55,693 bases of DNA, taken from Microcoleaceae cyanobacterium (GTDB lineage Bacteria; Cyanobacteriota; Cyanobacteriia; Cyanobacteriales; Microcoleaceae). The notes below the pieces were generated by a model, which was not told where the DNA came from, did no database searches, and saw only the letters and a list, made by a program, of their open reading frames with translations. The stretch spans positions 1-55,693 of the forward strand of contig JBOFUV010000037.1 in the NCBI GenBank assembly GCA_051652765.1. Reading direction: 5' to 3'. The position numbers and the translations under genes were made by a program. This document shows positions 50,521-55,693 of the stretch, piece after piece. Position 1 is the first letter of the stretch. Every line of letters starts with the position of its first letter.

Positions 50521-50763
50521 TTACCCGAGTTGCACCAGATAGCTCTGCTGACCCAGAGTCACGCGATCGCCCTCAACCAGTTTTCGGCCTCGGCGAGTTT
50601 CGACGGCATCATTCACCTTGACCTGACCGGCTTGAATCAAAATCTTGGCCTGACCTCCGGTTTCCACACAGCCGATCAGTTTGAGGAATTGGTCGAGTTT
50701 AACAATATTAGTCTTGTCTGGATTAGTCTTGTCTGCGTCCAAATCAGATTGCTCCTTTGCCAA
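50521..50763 (-). CDS. S4-domain RNA-binding protein (YbcJ/YaaA-like)
   Basis: 'KLDQFLK....ETGGQAK..IQ.G.V.VN..VETRRGRKL..GD'. Confidence 0.9.
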   Translation of the reverse strand: MAKEQSDLDADKTNPDKTNIVKLDQFLKLIGCVETGGQAKILIQAGQVKVNDAVETRRGRKLVEGDRVTLGQQSYLVQLG

Positions 50764-50843
50764 AAGATATGGCTTATTTCAAAAGTCACTCCCTCCAGCA
50801 CCATACCGTGTTTTTTAAATCAAGGCGGATATCTTAACCACTC

Positions 50844-50935
50844 AAGTCCCCTTTTTCTGACGCGAAACGGCTTCTCGTTAGAGTAGGGGGATTTAGGGAG
50901 ATCGCCGTTATCACATCTGAACAAAAATAGCGATA
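50844..50935. repeat. Dispersed composite repeat, copy 2
   Basis: AAGTCCCCTTTTT-[CTGACGCGAAACGGCTTCTCGTTAGAGT]-AGGGGGATTTAGGGAGATCGCC..CACATCTGAACAAAAATAGCG; aligns with 8565-8648. Confidence 0.8.
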
Positions 50936-50986
50936 AGTCTGGGAGAATGTCAGTAATCTCTCGAATTCACATCACCGGAAAATTGA

Positions 50987-51280
50987 TTGATGAAAGACTC
51001 CCTATTTCAAAATCTTTATCGTAAGTTCTTAAGCAATCCTAAATATCGCTGGTTGGTGATTGCAGGCTCAGCACTTTATTTGTTGAGTCCCCTCGATATC
51101 TCGCCAGATCTAATTCCAATTGTAGGTTGGATTGACGATGGCATAATTGCAGCCCTGCTGGTTTCTGAAGTGACCCAACTCATTTTGCAGCGCCGTCAAA
51201 CGATGAAACAAAACAGAGCCGCCAGTCAGTCTACCCCCGCGCCCTCAGGAGAACCTGCTCTTCCCAGCGAAAAAAAGTAA
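50987..51280 (+). CDS. YkvA/DUF1232-family small membrane protein
   Basis: 'YLLSPLDISPDLIPIVGWIDD' signature. Confidence 0.9.
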   Translation: MMKDSLFQNLYRKFLSNPKYRWLVIAGSALYLLSPLDISPDLIPIVGWIDDGIIAALLVSEVTQLILQRRQTMKQNRAASQSTPAPSGEPALPSEKK

Positions 51281-51390
51281 TCAACAATAAACGGTAACAA
51301 TCTCAGCATTCAGGGTAGGGTTACGTTTTGCCCATCTCTAATGCTAAAACCTAATAGTAGCGGCTCTATTTTCCACTCCTGGAGATCATC

Positions 51391-51798
51391 ATGGCAAAAG
51401 ACACTAAAACCGAAGTCCCTGCCCAATCCGAAAAGCACGCAACCCGTACCCCGCCTTGGGGTGAAGTCACTCTTTTGGAGGCGGGCGATCGCTACCGAAT
51501 CAATCGAATTGTAGTCAACCCCGGCTTTCATATCACCACTCAAATGCATTACCATCGGAGTGAGCATTGGATTATTGTCGCTGGCACAGCCAAAGTGATT
51601 TGCGGCGGGGAAGAAACGATCTTGATTCCAAAGCAGTCAACCTACGTGCCGATGAACACTCCCCATCGCGTTGAAAACCCTGGGGTGATTCCCTTGGTGA
51701 TGATTGAAGTTCAAAATGGGGAATACCTGGGAGATGATGACATTACTCGCTTTCCAGAAGAAGACGGCTATTCAGAAGTTGTTACTCGATCCCACTAG
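51391..51798 (+). CDS. Type II mannose-6-phosphate isomerase C-terminal cupin domain protein
   Basis: 'PPWG', 'QMHYHRSEHWIIV.GTA', 'HRVENPG', 'EVQNGEYLGDDDI.R'. Confidence 0.9.
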   Translation: MAKDTKTEVPAQSEKHATRTPPWGEVTLLEAGDRYRINRIVVNPGFHITTQMHYHRSEHWIIVAGTAKVICGGEETILIPKQSTYVPMNTPHRVENPGVIPLVMIEVQNGEYLGDDDITRFPEEDGYSEVVTRSH

Positions 51799-53480
51799 TC
51801 TGGCTGATTCAACTTTTTGTCGAACTGAATCCGCTCTTGTAACAACTCAAGGGCTGATTCCAAGGTATCTGCTTCCTGGGCCGGTTTATCCTTGCGCCAG
51901 CGGAGAATTCGGGGAAATCGCACCGAAATTCCAGACTTATGCCGATCTGAACGGGCTATCCCTTCAAACGCAATTTCAAACACTTGAATCGGATCAACCG
52001 AACGCACTGGGCCAAATCGTTCCAAAGTATGCTGTCGAATCCAGCGATCCAGGGCTGCAATTTCTGAGTTGCCTAGGCCAGAATAGGCTTTAGCAAAGGG
52101 GACTAACTCCTCTCCCTGCCATAGGGCAAAAGTATAATCGGTGAATAGGTTTGCCCGCTTTCCCGTTCCAGCCTGGGTATAGAGCAACACTGCATCTAGA
52201 GACAGGGGGTCAACTTTGTGCTTCCACCAATAGCCCCGCTTGCGCCCCACTAGGTAAGGACTGTCTATTGCTTTCAACATCAGTCCTTCAGCCCCCCGTT
52301 GGCGAGATTGACTCCGCAGGTGTTCCAAAGCATCCCAAGTCTCGAAGGGGAAACTTTCTGAAAGGCCAATCTGTTCAGACTCTAGGGGTTGAACCAGTGT
52401 TGCCAATAACTGACGGCGATCGCTCCAAGCTTGACCGCGAATGTCTTGCCCTTGCCATTCCAGCAGATCATAGGCAATAAATCGCACAGGATAGTCTGTC
52501 ATCACTTTTTGGGTCACCCGTTTGCGTCCCAACCGTTTTTGCAGGACGTTAAAGTCTAAGGGTTGGCCCTTTTTCCAACAGACAATTTCTCCGTCCAGTA
52601 CCAACCCATCGGGCAAGGTCAGGAAAAATTTCCCCAGTTCAGGAAACTGGGGGGCGATCGCGTCTTCCCCCCGCGACCAAATAAACGCTTCCCCCCCTCG
52701 CCGAATTACTTGAGCGCGAATCCCATCCCACTTCCACTCTGCCCGCCACTGAGAACAGTTTTCTACCCTTTGAAATTGTGCTGCTTCTAGGGGTGAAGCC
52801 AGAAAAAACGGATAGGGACGACTGGGGGAATCCGCCTCGGAAGCTTGGCCAATTAGCTGTTGAAAAAATTCTAGGGTGGGTTCAAAATTTCCCATCAAGC
52901 GATGAGCGAGCACTGATTCAGGTAGGTTGTACTGCTTTGCCAAAGCCCGCAGGACGAGTTTTTCTGAAACTCCGACTCGAAACCCTCCCGTGAGTACTTT
53001 ATTCAGCACAAATACCTCCATCTCTCCTAGCATTGACCACCAGGAAACAATCAGATGGTTCAGTGCCTCTTCTGAGTCAACGGTTTTTACCTGAGGAATA
53101 ATCTGTTCCATCCATTGATGTAATGGCGGAATTCTCCCCGCTGCAAGTTCCTCTGTCGCCTCCAAGGTTTGCTGCCGAACAGCAGGATGCCGAACGATAC
53201 TGGCTGAATTGAGCAGTAACGCAATTGTTTCAGCCGAATCCCCCACTTGAGCATGGCATTCTTCAAATAGCCATTGGGGCAAATTGACAACTTGAATAAA
53301 CACCTGCCGCAATGTTTTAGAGGTGACTAATCGTTTGCGAGTTTTCCCTAAAAACAAATAAATGGCCCAGACCATATTCTGCGGGGACTCCGCTTGAAAA
53401 TATCGCTGCAATGCCTCAACCTTGGCATTGATCGAGGTTGTCGCATCAATCTCTTGAAACAACTGAGTAAAACGTTGCAT
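51795..53480 (-). CDS. ATP-dependent DNA ligase
   Basis: Motif I EWKWDGIR, 'VLDGEI', 'FIAYDLL', 'EGLMLK', 'WWKHK', OB-domain 'RFPRILRWR.DK'. Confidence 0.95.
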   Translation of the reverse strand: MQRFTQLFQEIDATTSINAKVEALQRYFQAESPQNMVWAIYLFLGKTRKRLVTSKTLRQVFIQVVNLPQWLFEECHAQVGDSAETIALLLNSASIVRHPAVRQQTLEATEELAAGRIPPLHQWMEQIIPQVKTVDSEEALNHLIVSWWSMLGEMEVFVLNKVLTGGFRVGVSEKLVLRALAKQYNLPESVLAHRLMGNFEPTLEFFQQLIGQASEADSPSRPYPFFLASPLEAAQFQRVENCSQWRAEWKWDGIRAQVIRRGGEAFIWSRGEDAIAPQFPELGKFFLTLPDGLVLDGEIVCWKKGQPLDFNVLQKRLGRKRVTQKVMTDYPVRFIAYDLLEWQGQDIRGQAWSDRRQLLATLVQPLESEQIGLSESFPFETWDALEHLRSQSRQRGAEGLMLKAIDSPYLVGRKRGYWWKHKVDPLSLDAVLLYTQAGTGKRANLFTDYTFALWQGEELVPFAKAYSGLGNSEIAALDRWIRQHTLERFGPVRSVDPIQVFEIAFEGIARSDRHKSGISVRFPRILRWRKDKPAQEADTLESALELLQERIQFDKKLNQPD

Positions 53481-53506
53481 TATTGGGGGTTGCTGGCGAA
53501 CAGCCG

Positions 53507-55120
53507 TTAGTTGCTCTCTGTCTCTAGCTTCAAAAACGGCAATAGCTCCCGACTGAGCTGCCCTGTCTGCACCAGTTCAGCGTAGGTGTTCTCCTCAACC
53601 GTCAACAGTTCCTCCTGCAACTGCTCGGTGAGATAGTCTCCCAGACTGGGATATTCGTTCCGTAGTCGTTCGATTTCAGTTTTCAACCGGGCTCGCTCTG
53701 CTTTCAGCAGCTCAGCTTGATCGCGGCAGAACGCCGGGTCAATGCCGGGACGCTGATCAGCATCCTCAAGGTACAGGAGCACCCGTTTGAGCGCCGCTAG
53801 CCGTGCAACTGCTTCAGCATACTGCTGGCGTAAGGGCTGATCACCCAACAACTTCAGCCTTTGCATCAGAGGCTGAATCGTTAGTCCCTGAACCAGCAGT
53901 GTAAACAGCACCACGCCAAAAACGACCGAAATCACAGTCTGACGTTCAGGCAAAGCGGTGGGAACGCTCAACGCTAGGGCAATCCCCACCGAGCCGCGCA
54001 GCCCCGCCCACCAGAGCACAATTTGCTCAGCAAAGGGCACGTTCACCTCAGTGATCAGATTGCCCGTGATCAATTTGCTAAACAGACTAAGCAGATAAAT
54101 GGCCACTGCCCGTGACAACACAAGCCCTACAATTGCAACGCCAATCAGTCCCAGATTATCCAGCAGGGAGGGAATCTGTACCTGGTCACCAATCAGCAAA
54201 AACACAATCGAGTTCACAAAAAAGGCGAGAAACTCCCAGAAATCGGTGACGATGATGCGCGTGCGCGGATTCATACTAAAGCGAGAGCCAAAGTTACCCA
54301 AAATCAGGCCAGCCGTGACCACGCCAATGACACCTGACCCGCCAAAATCCTCGGTAACAACGTAGGCTGCATAAGCTGCCACCAGGGTCAGCGATTGCTC
54401 TACAAGGGGTTGGTCAAATCGTTGGGTCAAATAGGAAATGCCAAATCCCAGCAATCCACCTACGCCAATCCCAATCCCAACCACCTGAACAAAATTAGCC
54501 ACCAGCACTTGCCAGGACGAATCCACACTGCCCTTACTCAGCGCCACTAGATAGCTAAAGGCTACAACTGCTATCCCATCATTGAATAGGCTCTCGCCTT
54601 CCATCAAAGTTGAGATCCGTTTTCCGGCCCCTACCTCACGAAAAATGGCAATTACTGAAACTGGGTCGGTGGGGGAGAGGCTTACGCCGATCAGCAGCGC
54701 TGTAGCTAGGGAGAGGCTGGTCAATTGATTCAGGCCCAGGGATACACCTGCAATGGCAATCAGCACACCAAACACGGCGTACAAGAAAACGGGCACTCGA
54801 TATTTTTTTAACTCCTGCCACTTCAAGTTCCAGGCCGCTTCAAACAGCAGCGGCGGCAAGAAGATTGAGAGAATTAGACCGGGTGAGAGGTCAATCAGTC
54901 GCACGTCGAGCACCGACAGTATCAACCCTACAATCACCAGTAGCAAGGTGTAGGGAATATTGCGAAACCAACCAAATATGTCAGGCAGAGTGGCGACACC
55001 CAAAGAGACGGATAGCACCAGCAAAAACTGTTTTAGATTAGCTTCAATCAGCTCCTCACTTAGTACCGGATCAAGTTCCATAGATTTAGGGATAACGTTG
55101 TTGAGGGTAATAGCTACCAT
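53507..55120 (-). CDS. Na+/H+ antiporter, CPA1 (NhaP) family
   Basis: 'FLPPLLFEAA', 'PTDPVSV', 'EGESLFNDG', 'GLRG'; many TMs. Confidence 0.93.
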   Translation of the reverse strand: MVAITLNNVIPKSMELDPVLSEELIEANLKQFLLVLSVSLGVATLPDIFGWFRNIPYTLLLVIVGLILSVLDVRLIDLSPGLILSIFLPPLLFEAAWNLKWQELKKYRVPVFLYAVFGVLIAIAGVSLGLNQLTSLSLATALLIGVSLSPTDPVSVIAIFREVGAGKRISTLMEGESLFNDGIAVVAFSYLVALSKGSVDSSWQVLVANFVQVVGIGIGVGGLLGFGISYLTQRFDQPLVEQSLTLVAAYAAYVVTEDFGGSGVIGVVTAGLILGNFGSRFSMNPRTRIIVTDFWEFLAFFVNSIVFLLIGDQVQIPSLLDNLGLIGVAIVGLVLSRAVAIYLLSLFSKLITGNLITEVNVPFAEQIVLWWAGLRGSVGIALALSVPTALPERQTVISVVFGVVLFTLLVQGLTIQPLMQRLKLLGDQPLRQQYAEAVARLAALKRVLLYLEDADQRPGIDPAFCRDQAELLKAERARLKTEIERLRNEYPSLGDYLTEQLQEELLTVEENTYAELVQTGQLSRELLPFLKLETESN

Positions 55121-55217
55121 GGCTGTGTAGATGCAGCCTGTCTACACAACCAACATAGTACCAATAGTTCTGGCTAAGTTGCCAAACATCCTGCCCTAAG
55201 GCAGCTTGGGCACTAGT

Positions 55218-55306
55218 ATAGGGTCTGGGTGTATGGTCGTAAGTCAAGCTTACCAACAGCCTTATATCAAAGACGGAGAACAAATAGGGTCTGGGTGTAT
55301 GGTCGT
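55218..55306. repeat. 23-bp exact direct repeat ATAGGGTCTGGGTGTATGGTCGT (2 copies, 43-bp spacer)
   Basis: Copies at 55218-55240 and 55284-55306. Confidence 0.92.
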
Positions 55307-55488
55307 CAATGTAGGGTAGGGGTCAAGGTGAAGTCGAGCAACGCTCCGGGGTCGTTTACCATGGCTAAAAGGTCTGGCAGCAGCCATCGACGTTGTAGAA
55401 AAGTTCTTCCAAGCCGAACCTGGGACAGTGAATGCTGACAGATTTGCCCTGGTTCAGAGGACTTCTCCTGCCTTTTCTTGTTCAGAAC
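55306..55488 (-). pseudogene. Possible IS4-family transposase C-terminal remnant
   Basis: 60-codon frame with no start at its 5' end, '...QHSLSQVRLGRTFLQRRWLLPDLL...', whose stop abuts the CTGGGTGTATGGTCGT repeat; resembles (from memory) IS10-type C-terminal 'LSTVRLG'. Confidence 0.3.
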
Positions 55489-55534
55489 TCACGTTAGTAT
55501 TAAGGTACTTCAATCTTTGAACCGGACAGGAAAA

Positions 55535-55693
55535 ATGGCAATCGATTGGCGAGAAGTTTCTGGCAACTGGGTTTTGATTCCTCCTCGTCCTAAGGCAATT
55601 GTGCACTTCCTCGGGGGAGCGTTTGTGGCTGCGGCACCGCAAATGACCTATCGATGGATTCTGGAACCGTTGGCCCAGCAGGGCTATGCTGTG
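55535..55693 (+). CDS. DUF1350-family alpha/beta-hydrolase-like protein (3' truncated by window edge)
   Basis: Hand translation MAIDWREVSGNWVLIPPRPKAIVHFLGGAFVAAAPQMTYRWILEPLAQQGYAV; absent from the ORF track because it runs off the window. Confidence 0.85.
   Translation, partial: MAIDWREVSGNWVLIPPRPKAIVHFLGGAFVAAAPQMTYRWILEPLAQQGYAV

Noticed and set aside
55218..55306. CRISPR array call for the 23-bp repeat pair
   Set aside because: Only two copies, no palindrome or typical CRISPR repeat end, no cas genes; kept as a repeat/IS-relic finding instead.
55454..55642. 62-aa minus-strand ORF near the window end
   Set aside because: Antisense to the recognisable DUF1350-family gene starting at 55535.

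Overview
Cyanobacterial chromosomal DNA (frequent HIP1 octamers GCGATCGC; gene content typical of filamentous Oscillatoriales-like strains). It is mostly housekeeping and conserved genes: a Gld-like ABC transporter operon, iscA, squalene-hopene cyclase, GH38 alpha-mannosidase, cysK, a Cache/GAF/PAS histidine kinase, GH13 alpha-amylase, glmU, multidomain adenylate cyclase cyaC, tRNA-Gly(TCC), an orphan NHLP-type HlyD secretion protein, an RCK-domain channel, valS, a Ser/Thr kinase, an ATP-dependent DNA ligase and a Na+/H+ antiporter. The best candidate for an undescribed system is a two-gene unit at 760-2563: a ParA/Soj-type ATPase overlapping a HEPN (RxxxxH) putative RNase that has an internal duplication. 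It is followed immediately by an attC-like hairpin ending in GTTAGAT, suggesting a cassette-borne anti-phage or toxin-antitoxin module. Other notable structure includes many locus-specific 11-17 bp tandem repeats at gene boundaries, several dispersed repeat families, a perfect 20-bp inverted repeat after the tRNA, and a 23-bp direct repeat next to a possible IS4-family remnant. All calls come from reading the sequence; no database searches were run.
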